Below are positions 13,438 through 27,149 of a stretch of DNA of 64,000 nt, one piece after another (positions within the stretch are counted from its first letter, which is position 1; the number at the start of each line of letters is the position of its first letter). The translations under genes and the position numbers were made by a program. Source of the DNA: the human T2T-CHM13v2.0 reference genome, Homo sapiens; assembly GCF_009914755.1 (NCBI RefSeq), contig NC_060926.1; one strand, written 5' to 3'. The notes under the pieces are model-generated. The model made no database searches. It was not told the origin of the DNA and saw only the letters and a list, made by a program, of their open reading frames with translations.

Positions 13438-16400
13438 TATAGCTATTTGCTTTTAATGAAGGTCATAAAATATGATATATTCTTATTTCTAAATATTTAA
13501 ATGTAAAACAACGTATCTTAGAAATTTTTTTAACATGAAAAATGTTAAGAAATGCCTTCTTTATCCTTTGTGTAATTCTATACCAAAACAACATATGTGA
13601 ACCAAAAAATAAAATTACAAAAGTCAGGGTTTTACTATGTGTAATTTAACTACTACATGGGTAAATAAATGGCCATATAGAGAGATGGTTGAGGTCAAAT
13701 TGAAATTTTCTAAATGTAAGAAGAAACAAAGGCAGATCACAAAATCCACTGACTCAGTGTATGCTAAAGATATATTTCTGTTTGAATTTGATTAAACAAA
13801 ATATTTAAAATAAAAATATTGTTTCTTATATAATCCGAAGTTTATTTTTATGTGAGCTCCAGTTACAATGAGCATATTTCTCATTAAGTCTCCTTAGATT
13901 GTTATAGCATATAAACTAGCCCCTTGAAATTTATCATTTTCAAATTGCAATAAAAATTAAGGACACTGGATCAGAAAGATGGATACTCTGATGTGGTAAT
14001 TAACTGAACTTTCAGAGTGTCTGACACACTCTACCACAACACTGCAAAATGAGAAATCTAGCAATTCTTTAAAATTCCCAGAACTATCTTGGGGTCAGGA
14101 CATGAATACTCAATAAAGAAGTATTAAATAATCCATTAATTTTGACCTGTTAACTGTGGTTTAAATTTAATCCAAAACATGGAAGCTGCTATTATCATAA
14201 ACTCTGTTCTACATGATGCGTAGGTATTTTTAACTCGTCATTTTATTTTATTTTTTTCAGATCTGTATTCTGGCTTGTAGCATTGTCCTGTTTTTTGTAA
14301 GCAATTACTGTGTATCTGGGGGCAATGTATCCACTGCTGCAAGAAAGGAAAAAAAGAAACTGACAGAACATCACAAAAACCCAGTAAAAAGTTAGGAGGC
14401 TTATGCATAAAAAAGGTCAAATATATTCACTACTATGCTGCAAAAAGATTAAAAAAAAAGAAAAGAAGAAAAAAAATAAAATTCCAGCTCCTAAAAATGA
14501 AAGAAAAGGCAGAGAAATGAAATAAGAAAATAGAAAAAAGAGGAAATAAAGGCTCTGCATTTAGTAACTGAGGATGAATAATCAAAAATACAATGGGACA
14601 AAGAATGCTTCAGGGCAACTAATTAGAATTTTAAAATTAATAATTATATGTGACTTTTACAATTAGATAAGGCATATTATATTATTCCAGCTTTGTCTTC
14701 CTGTGGCTTTTGTCAATAAACTATATAATAAAAAAGTTAATGAACAATTATAATGTAAAAAAGCAAATAAAGGGGCATTAAATACCCAATATGGTGTATA
14801 ATATGTAATATACATGAGATATACATGTCAACTATTTCAAATTACCACATAATTAATATTCTAGAATATTCAACTAATTTGGAAAAGTAAAATGTGATTT
14901 CATAGATAATAATGTCTCTCAGACAATGTGCAACTATAAAAATAAAACCAGCCACTCAGCATTGCTCATGGTACTAGAGCAAAGGAGAAGTATAAAATCA
15001 CCTAAAAAATTCAACACAAAGAGTTTAAATACTATATGGAAAAAATCAATAAGAGATGTTAGTAAAGCAATACCCATTTGCAAATTTTTTTAAGGTACTT
15101 ACATTGGGTCTACTCAGCCCAAACCTAAGAATTTTCAATTATCCAATGAAATTGGGCCATATAGTTTGACAAATAAAAAATAAATATTTAAAAATACCCA
15201 GTGAAATTTTATCTTGATTGGCATTTTATGTAGATTAATAAATGTCAATGTCTTACTGTCTTACTGCTCACATTTATCCTCTTTCTGTTGTGAATAAACA
15301 ATCCATATATCATATATAAAGAACCCAATTCAAAAATACAATTGTTGGGCATTTTATTTTTCATTTTAGCTATATTTTCTTTAATACTGAATTATATTAC
15401 AGATTTTAAATTAAGCATATATGGTATTGTAATTTTTAATATTTTGTTAAGTAAACAAAACACTATATTCATGTCTGTTATAAAATTATGCAAAAGCATA
15501 AAAAGCCCAATTATAAAGTAGTATGCTTTTTAGTTCAGTTTTTGAGACTTGTTAGAAGGAATCTTTAACATTCATTTAAATTTATTAGGAGCCAAAAAAA
15601 ATTAATATCAACCTAAGACTATCTCCCTACTAAGTAAGGTATTTTGTTGTTGTCATTAGCATTTTCTCAAGCATTCAACTACTTTTAGGTAGATATAGTG
15701 AATTTGCTATGCAAGTGATTTGGGATCTTTCTAAATGCTTTCTAAATTCTAAAGTGAATGATTATTGAAAATGATTTGCTATATTCCTGCAAAATCCATA
15801 AATATACATATGAGAGAATATGCACAGATACACAAACACATGCAGATACACGCATATATAAAATGTGAGCTCCCAACATATTTAAAGGCAGGTCTGTACT
15901 CATTACATATATAAAAAATAATTATTTTAATACATAATGTATATATTTTACTATATACATATTAAATAATATATGTAATTTAAAAGAATAATTGTTTCCT
16001 CAAAATTTTATGTTTTGTTTATATATAATTATAATCAGGCCCAATTAGGAAATACTGGATACTCAGTGAACATTATATTAGGTTAAAAAACTGGATTGAC
16101 ATTAAAAATGTGCATTAAATCTTTTTTTGAGCACTTCTATATTTATTTGTTATTCCATCTCATTAGCATAGTTTTCACCTTTGAATAATATTGGAGTATC
16201 CTTACTCCCTGATTTATACTCTATCATTCCATGTATTACTGATGCTGGTATAAAACACCATCCCATCCCCACATGGAAATGATCTCTTAGGGTCCCATGA
16301 TTTGTAGGTGGATGCATCAATCATTGAGCTCACTTAGTCATGACTAACTCCACTTTGTAAGATGCAGCTGACCCAACAAAGCAAACTTACGGTGGCCTCC

Positions 16401-17119
16401 CACTTCCTCCTCTTCCAAATACCATGCTCATCTGTTCCCCATATGGAGCAGAACAAAAGAGGTAAGAGGAAAGGCTGTTGTTTCTTTCGAGGAGCTTCTT
16501 TGACATTCTATGATCAGACTAGTGTCTCTGATAACTTCATAGATCCAGAGTTCTAAATTATATCAATATTTTATATCAAATGGGAAAACACATTCTTTAT
16601 TTATCATATCAATTCTCTAGATTATGGTGGGTATAACTAGTCTCAAGATAGAAGGCACCACACTTTCTTTTTGGCTGTCACATATTTTTTTTTTTAATGC
16701 AGAAGAAGGCTATTGTACAATCCAGAGCCAAACAAGGTTAGTTGACCTTTAAAAATGACACATTGCCAGATGCCTGCCAGAAAATAAAAGGGAGAGCAAA
16801 TTTAACAAGCAGTCTATTTTACAAGTTGGGCAGCCACAGATCTTACTTCAAGTCTAACTTAAACCTTCAAACATTATTCAAGTACGTGTTTCAAATCCCA
16901 CAGACTTCAAGGGGAAATAGGCTATTTGAATAAACCTGGAGAAATATTTACATCTTATTGTCAAGTGAGCAAGTAATTTTATATACATTCACATATATAG
17001 TCTTTATAGTAACCAAGTCAGGCACTCAAAGCAGGAATTTCCATTTTAAAACTAAATATTAATAGATGACATTTTTAAAGTTAAATAACCAGCCCAAAAT
17101 GTATTTTTAAATACTTATT

Positions 17120-18200
17120 AGTTTATTCTGTATGCTAGCCTTGTCCCTGTTGAGCTTACAGTCTAAGGGAGGAGCCAACCATTTGAATAATTTACTCAAT
17201 TAAGTATTTAATTATGATTATAATAATTTCTGAAAGGGAAATTTAGGCTGCAGTAAGTATAGCGAGGAAGATCTAGACCTGACTCCAAGGAAAGCTTCTT
17301 TATGTAAATGACTCCTAAGCTGACTGGTAAAGGATAGGGATTATTTAGTTGAAGAAAAATACTGCAGAGGAAACAGCTTTTGCTGACACCCTGAGGTAGT
17401 AAGGGGCATGATATGCTCACATGGTAGAAGAGAGAGCAGTTGGAAGAGTGGTGCTATAGGTGAGTGGTGAGAAGGCAGGGCAGATAATGCAGAGCTTTGT
17501 AGCTGATGTTCTGGACTGTGATCTTGATTGTAACACCAGTAGGATGTCATGAACAGTTTTAAGCACTAACATTTGCATGTCAGTGTGGATGTTAAAAGCA
17601 TCATTGTGGTTGCAATGTGAGGTGCAAGGAGATATCCCATAAATCAACTGCATACAAAAGTAGTTCATACTAGAGTAGTTTCTGGAGCTTGGTAGATACA
17701 AGAGAAGAAGAAAATGAGACAGATTTGATACAAAGAAGAAAAAATGGGGATATCAAAATGACCCTAAATTTTCAGTTTTATATGACACGAATAGTGGCAG
17801 TACTATTCATTCAAGATCTTAAACATTATAGAAGAATAAGGGTTGGGGTGTGGGAGGGATCAAGAATTTATTTTAGGACATGTTGAGATTGTTGCCTTTG
17901 GAACTCCCAAGATTAGGCATAAACAAATCTGGAGTTAGAGAAGTCTTAACTGCAAATGTAAACATGAGAGTCACTGGCATATACACAGTATATAAACATG
18001 TTTGCTCATCTGTGAAGAGAATATAGAACATCAATATTTAAAAACCAGTCACAAGACGAGCCAGCAAAGGAAGTTCAGGAGGAGCAGCCAAGAGAAGCTA
18101 GAGAAAGTACAGAACAGTATGATATTGAAAACCATGGGAAGAAATTATATTGAAAGAAGAAAATATTCAACACACATTATAGAATGCAATATAGGCCATT
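17120..18200 (-). mobile_element. L2 fragment
   Basis: 'ttgagcttacagtctaaggg', 'aatttattttaggacatgttgag', 'gagagtcactggcatatac' are L2 hallmarks. Confidence 0.7.
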
Positions 18201-18329
18201 AAAATCATCTCTTTTTGTTCAGCCCACAATTTGCCAAAGGAGAAAATAAAACCACAAATGATTCACGAAAGAGGAGTACCCATAGAATCAGGTTGTAAGA
18301 AAGAGTGTTCAATCACACCAACTACCTCT

Positions 18330-18540
18330 ATACAAATTTTTAAACTATAAAATGCTATGTTGCCTCTAAATTAGCAAAAGACGAATATTGGCAAGGATGC
18401 AAGGAAACAAATAAATTCACTAACAGTTTTGCTAAAATAAATTGGTACAATAATTTTTAAAGACAATTTAGTAATACATATAAAAGGCCTGAAAATATGT
18501 TCTTCTTTGGCACAGTAGTCTTTCTACTGCACTGCTGCAC
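18330..18540 (+). mobile_element. L1ME-like fragment
   Basis: 'attggcaaggatgcaaggaaac...aaattggtacaa...acaatttagtaata'. Confidence 0.5.
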
Positions 18541-18594
18541 GAAAATTATTTAGAAATCCCCAAAAAGCAATGACTAGAAGTAAGTTAATGGAGA

Positions 18595-18790
18595 CTAACT
18601 CACATCATGTTCACAATGTAATAATGTATGTAGTACAGTTGTCTTCATTTTTCAAATGAGTAAACTCGGGCACATGAAGGTTAAGTTAACTTTCTTAAGG
18701 CTGCATGTTAGTAAGTGACAGAGGAACAATTAGAATATAGGCAGTTTGAGCTGAGAGTCTGCACTGGATATAATTCTGCTATGTCCTTCT
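18595..18790 (-). mobile_element. MIR
   Basis: 'catttttcaaatgagtaaactcgggcacatgaaggttaag...tagtaagtgacagag'. Confidence 0.75.
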
Positions 18791-18904
18791 GATCATTTTT
18801 CCTTTTGTGTCATGTTGTGCAACGTCTATTCCCCTCTATTAGCCTTCAAGGGTCTTGAAAACCAACCTTACATCTGATTCACCTCTCTCTGCACCACCCC
18901 CCTC

Positions 18905-18907
<3 letters not shown>

Positions 18908-18950
<43 letters not shown>
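18908..18950. repeat. (CA)n microsatellite, ~21 units
   Basis: Direct reading. Confidence 0.98.
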
Positions 18951-18954
<4 letters not shown>

Positions 18955-19189
18955 CTGGAATATACCAATTGTTGAATGGTTTTGTTGAGTAAGTAAATGA
19001 ATGGATTTATAAATCTTAAAATAAATGAAAAGAACCAAATAGCTTATAATTTGAGGATAACATGTGTGCCCCACAATAGTGTCTTCTTTACTCCTGCTAC
19101 CACTACTACTACCCCACCACAGCATCCTTCAAAAGTTCAGCAAGTAGTTCTTTTTGTATCATTCAATCTCTAATATTTCATATTCAGTT

Positions 19190-19560
19190 GACTCTGAACA
19201 TTTGTATTAGGCATTTATTTTTTATATATCTAATACTGTGCTAGATCCAATGAAAACAAAGATGAATTCAACATAATTCTAAATTCAGAGAGCTTACAGC
19301 TCTCAGGGGAAAGCAAATGTAAATACCCTGTTTGTTCATGTGTTATATATATTATCTGAAACTATGTAATGGAATCAACACCATGATAAATTTATAGACA
19401 GGGTGCATGAGAAACAAAAAGGAGGGTTAGTTAGCCCATTTGGGATCTGGGAAGGGGGAGATAATACCTGAAATGAATCCTGAAGCATCATTATATATTA
19501 TCTAAGTGAAGGTTAGAAAAAGCAAGAATGTTCCAGGAGAGAGTAAATGGCATGATATAT
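19190..19560 (-). mobile_element. L2 fragment
   Basis: 'actgtgctagatcc...cagagagcttacagc...aagaatgttccagg'. Confidence 0.6.
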
Positions 19561-20099
19561 GGAAACAGTGTGTGTGCACACATGTGTGTGTCTTGAGGAT
19601 GGTGAGGGTGGGGGGATGATCAAGAAGGGATGTTCTATGAATTACTTGGAAATGAGCCCTCAGTTTTCCTGTGCCACTATCTAAATGTACAGTCCTAGTC
19701 TCTGCATCCTTACTTACCAGTAAATACACTAGACTAGTTATTGTTCAGAATTCAAAATATCACATATTAAGGCATATTAGTTTCAACAAGACTATGCAAA
19801 ATTGTAGAAAAGGCCTGATTTGGTGACCCTCATTCCATACCATGCAACTTGTTGTCACTTGAAAAATGCTTTAATTCCTCCAAGAAGCCACATGTTTTCA
19901 TGTTAGACCCCTACTATATATTTTAACCCACTTCCCCACATAAATCATTCACTGACATTATTAGCCAGTCTGTTAATTTAAAATAATAGATAATAGTGGT
20001 GTTACCTCTTTAAAATGCCATATTTCTCTTCTAATGGTCAACTTCTGTGCTTCAGTTCAATAATGGTAATGCTCCACATAAGTTTATCTCTTTATAGTG

Positions 20100-20270
20100 T
20101 ATAAAATACTTTTACATATACTTCAGTTGCTATTTATAATAACCTTATAATAAAAGCAAGGTAGCTCTTGTTATGCCATTTTTTAAGATGAAAATAATGG
20201 ACTTCAAATTAATTGAGCCTTTTGAAGTCACACAGTCCACAATACAACCAATAATAAAACCCATTTTGTT
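20100..20270 (-). mobile_element. MIR (decayed)
   Basis: 'ttatgccattttttaagatgaaaataatgg...gaagtcacacag'. Confidence 0.5.
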
Positions 20271-20347
20271 TATGTCTTAGTAGTCAAAATTTTACCCCTG
20301 CCACCTACCAAATCATGTTTTCACCACCTAAAGACACAACCAGTGGT

Positions 20348-20505
20348 TTATATATATTTAAAATAATATTTATAAATATATTTAAATACAAATAATATTA
20401 ATATATGCTTGTATTTCATATACATATATTTAAATATTTATGGTTAAATATAAATGTATACCTATAAATATATATTTGTATATTATTATAAATATAATAT
20501 ATTTT
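20348..20505. repeat. AT-rich low-complexity tract
   Basis: Almost entirely A/T with TA dinucleotide runs. Confidence 0.85.
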
Positions 20506-20989
20506 TGGGAGTCCTTTGGTTATGTCTTCCCGCTATACCAAACAGCCTCTTATTCTGGCTATACTGATTTCATCTGTGTTAAATCCTTATATTTATCTCA
20601 GGGTGGCACTCTCATAAATCAGCACTTGAATGTTTTATTAACAATCATATGGTTTAAAAATAATTCCACATTTGCTCTTTGATAATTTTAACCTTAAAAA
20701 TTAAGACCTTTTGCAAAGACATGGAGTAACTTTTGACTGCTCCAATAGCCTAATTGTTTTTATTTTTGGGTTACAGTCATGGTTGCATTTTTGTAAGTAT
20801 TTTTCCTTAAATAATTTATCCCTGGCCTTTTACTCACAGTGACTGGAAGACAATTTTTGACAGGTAAGCAGAACCCTGTGAGGCAAAAGCATAGAAAATG
20901 TCAGAGTGGTCACTAGTCAGTCAACAAGAAAACAGACAGAGGTAAGGAGCGTGTTGGCAATATGTGGGCACTGCAAGATGCCTACAGAG

Positions 20990-21510
20990 AATATCTCACT
21001 GTCCCTTCCACCCTTAGGCAACCTTAACAAGTATATTTTTATTTAGAATGGCTTGTTCTTATTCATTACTTATATATGACCAAAATCATACTCACTACCC
21101 TACCCCTCCATCATCTCAACCATTTATTTTCCTTCATATTGTTTCAGTGAATTACATCACCATCGCCAACCCAAGCTAGAAAACTGAGTCATCATAACAC
21201 ACTGCTTTTCTCTATTTTCTCTTGTTTAATTTTCCTCAAATGTGTTTTTTAAATCCTTTTTCACAGCTGTGATCTTAGTTCAAGACCTCAACATTCTCAC
21301 AAGAATGACTATAACAATCTCAAAATTGGCTGTCTGAGTCACGTTTCACTTCCCACTCCACCTCTACCCTGCTACCCCAATTAACTTTGTCTCACAGATC
21401 TTTTTATATACTTTCTCCTTTAAAAGCTTTTGATGGCTACCCAATAGATAGGATAAATCTTAAACCCCTTGTAAGTTTTCCACAATCTGGTCCCAGTCAT
21501 ATCTCTGATG
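20990..21510 (+). mobile_element. L2 fragment
   Basis: 'ccaagctagaaaactgagtcatc', 'cttagttcaagacctcaacattctc', 'taaaagcttttgatggct'. Confidence 0.6.
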
Positions 21511-21769
21511 ACATACTTGCCTGTACCAAATGTACAAACCCAACACCAGGGAAAAAAATTCTAACCTAAGCATGAGTCAATAAGAGTTTTACTTAGAGCA
21601 AATTTACAAGAACTGTCTGTACGCTAGGATTGTAAAGATACAATTTATCTTTCCTTCTTAGTAAATGTTAGCCCATCTTAAGCTGTTGTAAAGAGATATA
21701 GCTGTTTCAGGGATAAGAATAGATGCAGCCAGATTGGTCTTCCCTTTTGCAAAACAAGCTAGTTTGTTT

Positions 21770-22005
21770 AATTATACAACAAAATGAAACAGGTTTCTTG
21801 TTTCACTTTCAGAACCTTTTACATATTAACTTGCATTTTGAAATTCCAAGGACAGAATTTAGAATGAATACTCCCCAAGCATTTTGGGGTATGGAATACT
21901 ATATTCATAGAACACAACTTGTTTAACATCTATCAGACGCCCCGCCCCTGCCGTAACAGAGTTTGGCAAATACTGTATACACTCTATTCACATTAAGATT
22001 CAAAT
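21770..22005. mobile_element. hAT-Charlie MITE remnant (Charlie4z-like)
   Basis: 'aaacaggtttctt...cagaaccttttacatattaacttgcattttgaaattccaag' and 'gagtttggcaaatactgtata' resemble the recalled consensus. Confidence 0.45.
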
Positions 22006-23769
22006 TATTTCTCAGAAAATGGGGTTGGATGGGGGAAGATAAATGAAAATGACAAAGCAGAAAACACAGCAACCTGTGGCCCTGAAATACATGCATTGGA
22101 AGGGGAAGGGGTGTGATAGTTTGACAAGGAGGTGAAGCACATGATTCCCAAGTCCAGGAAATGGGAAAGAGGACTTAGGGGCCTAAATTCAAATTTAATC
22201 TACTTTTTGTAGATCCTGTTTCTTAGAAGGTTAATCTAAAATGCTAAATGTCAATGAAGCATTATTTAGAATAAAAGAGGAATATTACATATATATGTAA
22301 TATTATATATATATGTTATATATATATATACACATATTAAATATTGACCATCCCTCCTAAGTCAGATAGAAGTTTTTTAAACACTATCAGAAAAATAGAT
22401 GCATTAGGCATGGATACAAAAATTATAGTTCTAAAATATTCTTACTATCTATAAGATCATAGCTGCTTTTATAAGAGCTAGGCATTAACAGTTAAAGATA
22501 AAAAGCAATGCATTATGTGAACTATCTATCAAATTTCTCTGTCCTGTTCACTTTGAATATTTAGTTTATTAATGTAATATCATTTACATGAATAAATATG
22601 CCTAAAATTTCCAAAAAAGTCAAGAAATTAACTTAAACATTTGAACACTATCTAAATGAAACTCACAGCACTCTAAGTTTTAGTATTTCCATATTAACAA
22701 CAAGAAGAAAAAGTGCATATTGTGCAATTTATTTCTTGAAAATGAACTAAAAGTAAAAACTAAAACAAGAATTTGGCATATGCAATTTAATTTAAGGACC
22801 AATAGGAACAAGCTTGAGTTTAATGTGTGAGCAGGATCCACTAAAAGACCAAGCATCATAATTGCAATTGAATAGCTCAACAACAACAAAAACAGCTCCA
22901 AACTCTCTACCTTCAAGGAACTTGAATAAATTCTGGCAATTTCAGGTTTTACATTTCAAAAATAACTGTCCTCATTATTTTCTACTTCACAGCTTCTAAG
23001 TGGGAAGAATTTAGGTCAGAGTTGAGACTGAGTTAATTGTAGTAACTGTCAACAAATAGTCTCTGCCCCATGTTTCATTTTTTTATGAAAAATAAATGAG
23101 TGTGGGGCAAGAAAATTGACAATCTTATGGAGACAAGAATGTGTTAGCGCCTGTATTTGCATTTTAAAATTACTTTTGAAGAAACAATAATGGGCTTTCT
23201 ACATTCCTTCCAAGACATTAAAGACGGCATTACACGGTGGCCTGTATTTGCTTTTCTGTCTCCCTAATAACTATTATGAGTGTTTCTTTCTCGACTCCAA
23301 CATAGGTAAAATCAGCTCCATGGGGCAGCAAAGAAACTGTAATAGAAAATGATTCCAATTAAACATAACTTGGAAAATGACCTTTAAACTTTGCATTGCC
23401 AAAAAATATTTGTTTAAAACAGCATGAAAATACTATAACAACAAGGATGTTATGTTTATATCATTCGTGGCATCACAAAGTCAGTGTCTGAAATAATGGA
23501 TCATTTTCTGCTCCTACTGATTTATTTTTTCTTTGTATGGCTTATAAAAATTTCTCTCACTTGGTTAAAGTCACATTTATTTGCATCAGAGAACATTTTT
23601 GGAAGAAAAATGTTCTGTGAAAATCTCAAAACATAGAAACCAAAAAAGGCACTTGGTCTCAGGCAGCACTGTGACCTTCAGGGCATAGCACACCTCTAAT
23701 TTGCCTCAGATTCAGTGTGAGGCTCCACTTCTGGTAGATATGTAGGGCAGAAGAAATTTTTTTAAATGA

Positions 23770-24025
23770 AAATTCAATATGTCAGATGGTGATGGGAACT
23801 ATGGAGAAAAAAGGAAGGAGACCAATAGGTAGTAAGGAGCAGGTAGCTATTTTATCTTGAAAGATCAAGGAAAGTCTCATGGAGAAGGAGCTATTTGAGC
23901 AGAGACCTGAAAAAGTTGAGACAGTGAGTAGTGTGAGTACAAAAGAATCCATCAAGAATGAAAAGTGCAAAGAGTTTCACAAGGAAGCATGCTTGACAGT
24001 TGGAGGAGGGCAAGAAAGCCATACT
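23770..24025 (-). mobile_element. L2 fragment
   Basis: 'atcaaggaaagtctcatggagaaggagctatttgagcagagacctgaa'. Confidence 0.7.
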
Positions 24026-24156
24026 CTACTGGGCACTACACAGGTTGTCTAATTTTCTTTGGTTAAACCTAGTTTTGGAAGAGAAAGGATGGGAAATCTT
24101 GCTGAAATATTTTTTTTAAAGTTACTATATAATTGTCTGTATTAGAGAATAAAAAT

Positions 24157-25335
24157 TGTACTGAGTTGAAGAGTGTCCCTCCAAAATCCATGTCCAATCA
24201 GAACCTAAAAATGTGTTCTTATCTGGAAATAGGGTAGTTGTAGATGTAATTGGTTAAGATGAAGTCATACTAGATTAGTATGGGCCATAAATCTAATGAC
24301 TGGTGTCCCTATAAGAAGGCTATGCATTATGGAAAACAGTACGGAGATTCCTCAAAAATTTAAAGATAAAGTACCATATGCTCCAGTAATCCCACTGCTA
24401 GATATATATCCAGAGGAAATGAAATCAGTATGTTGGAAAGATATCTACATGCCCACGTTCATTGCAGCATTATTCACAATAGTCAAGATATGGAATCAAT
24501 GAAAAGTGTTAATTAATGGATACATGAATAAAGAAAATGTGGTCTATACACACAATGAAATACTGTTCGGCCATAAGAAAAAAATTCTGTCATTTATGAC
24601 AATACAGATGAACCTGGAGGACATTATGTTTAGTTTAATAAGCGAGGCACAGAAAGACAAATACTGCATGATTTCATTTATATATGGAATCTGAAAAAGG
24701 TAAACTCATAGAACTATAGAATAGAATGTTGGCTACTGGGGCTGGGGAGCAGGGAAGAGAGGTTAGGTAGATGTTAGTCAAAGGATACAAAATTTCAGTT
24801 AAATAGAAGGAATAACTTCAAGAGATCTACTATGCCACATGGTGACTTTAGTGAATAACAACGTATTGTATACTTGTAAATTGCTAACAGAGGCAGATTT
24901 TTAAATCTCCCCACAAAAATATGTTAATTAGCTCAATTTAACCATTCCACAATGTAAACATATTTCAAAGTATGTTATACATAGTAAGTATATACAATTT
25001 TTATTTGTCAATTTAAAAAATATATTTTTTTAAATTGAGAGAAAAAAAGAAAAAGGCCAGATGAAGACACATAGACACACAGGGAAGAAGGCCATGTGGC
25101 AACAGAGACAAAGACAGGAGTAATGCATTTACAAGCCAAGAAATGCTGACAATTATCAGTATCCACCAAGCTAAGAAGAGGCAAAGAAGAATGCTTCCCC
25201 AATGCCTTCCGAGGAAGCATGGCCCTGATGACATCTTATATGTAGTTCCCAGAACCCTGAAGAGAATGCATTTCCGTTATTTTAAGGCACCCAGTTTGCA
25301 TTTTTTTGTTAAAGCATCCCTGGGAAACTAATGTA
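24157..25335 (+). mobile_element. MaLR LTR (MLT1B/C-like), split into 24157-24320 and 25055-25335 by an L1 insertion
   Basis: 'tgtactgagttgaagagtgtccctccaaaatcc...ctggtgtccctataagaagg' continues as 'gacacacagggaagaaggccatgtg...gggaaactaatgta'. Confidence 0.85.
24321..25054 (+). mobile_element. L1MA7/8-like 3' end inserted in the MLT1 LTR
   Basis: ORFs 24296-24502 and 24506-24694 are ORF2 C-terminal remnants; A-rich tail; approximate TSD AAGAAGGC / AAAAAGGC. Confidence 0.85.
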
Positions 25336-27149
25336 GAGATCTTGTTTTATATAAGATGCACAGTTTCTAGGTTTCCCATTATGTGCCAGTTAGCACATAA
25401 TATCAGTCTCCACCAGAACCCATTCCTCAAAATGTCCTGCCTGTTAACTGAGAAGAGAGTGCTAACAATGTAGCACTGGCCTCAGTTCAAGAGCGACCAG
25501 GGCAGCAGCGGCATTATCCTACTGAAGAACTTGGCCTGGGGCTTACCTCTCATAAATTCATCCACTGCTGCCACTGACTTCAAGTAATCATTGTAGTATT
25601 GACTACACACGCCAAACTCCTGGTGCCTTTCCCTAAAGCAGCTGGCCACAGCCACCTATTCTCAGTGAAAGTTGCCTAGGTCTTTCAGTGGCTGATGAAA
25701 GATTAGAGGTTTCCTCTGTTCCCAGAAGGCACCCACACATGCAGCCTTCCTCAGCCTTGATGTGTCAGTAGGTAAGCCTTCCCTCCCCACATGTTGGAAC
25801 AGTCATGTCATTGGATGTCCTTTGTTTGCACAACCTCTGTACTGACTCTTCCTCCATTCCAGCAACTTAGCTATGATTCATCATTTTCTAGGAGTTACAT
25901 GGGGAGAATTAGTGGAGACCTTCTCATTTCAACAAGTTGTTGATGTTTCCTTTGCCAAGTGGGGGACTACCAGACCACAGGGAAGCAGTTTCCTCTCAGC
26001 TCGGAGCTCTGCTTTATCAAATCACCCAAAGAGAACCCAAAATTTGTTTTATGAAGTCTCATTTTGACAGAGAGAGGCAGGGATAGTAATCTCAGCTTTG
26101 CCACCTGTATGAAGAACTTGGGGAATAATCTATCAGTCAACCTCTCCACAGAGACTACAATTCCCAAAATATTCCCTACAAAATGTGAGGGAAATTCCCG
26201 AGCATTCCCAGAGTCTCTTAGGAAGACAGGAAAGAGTACAGGTAAGAAGAGCAGCCTCTGAGAGGAGAGAAGAGTGGATGGATTGAGGCAGGAAGGTACC
26301 AGCTGATCAAGACCCTACTTTGCTGCTGGAACTTCACTTCTAGGGATTCAAATTTTGTTCAGCTAAGGCCAAATGAACTTCTAAGGGCTGAGAGTTGCAT
26401 ACCAGTGTCCTAGTGTCCTTCATAACTGCCTGTGGCTACAGTTCAGCTAGTGGCCCATTGCTCCTGTTAGACACAGAGGGAAGGGAAGGACATATGCAGA
26501 CTACGAAACTAAAATGGTTTAATCAGGTTTGAGCCTACGCTGAATGTCAATCCCATGAAGATAATCATGGAACAGCCTAAAAGAAAAGCTAAATTAAGAG
26601 TGTAATACTCACATGATGTGGGTCACTCAGATAAAAAACAAAAACAAACAAAAAAAAAGCAGTGTTTTTCCTGTAGTTTCCACATTTTCTAGAGAAAGCT
26701 TAGGAAAAGCTAAAATATTATTTCTATTTTATTATTAGAATCCAGGAAAGGAAGATGTTCTCTTAAATGAGTAACAAGCAGAGCAGACAAACATTTGTAC
26801 CCAGAGTTTAACTCAGGTATAATAGGTAAGGTATTTTTGAAATCCCTATGCCTCATTGCCATTATTGAATCAAGCAAAGGGTAGATGCCACCTTAGGAAG
26901 CATGACAGAATAAATTTTTCTGAACAAACAGAAAGAAGGAAGGGACAGCTGTATTCTTTTTTCATTAGTGAATGCAGAATGAAGAGAAAATTGGTGGAAA
27001 ATAGATAAGAAAGTACCTAGTTCCTTATCTCTCTTCTTGGCAATGAAGTCATGGAAAAAGGACCATGTTAGACAGGTTAGGAAGAAAACCATTGATAGAC
27101 AGATTTTGCCCTGTTTTCTACTTAGAACTATAGGAAAAGGCAGTTTTGC

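Noticed and set aside
7707-14296. Plus-strand coding chain TYLDIHTNPY-DILEIDF...DLR-SVFWLVALSCF
   Set aside because: The phases are compatible, but the first donor is weak, I recognise no protein, and stronger signals lie on the opposite strand.
15900-15980. Nested AT-rich hairpin as a pre-miRNA
   Set aside because: Very low complexity; the self-complementarity is expected from TA-rich sequence.
25400-26500. GC-richer block as exon or promoter
   Set aside because: No CpG island, coherent ORF or family I can name; possibly a decayed ancient LTR.
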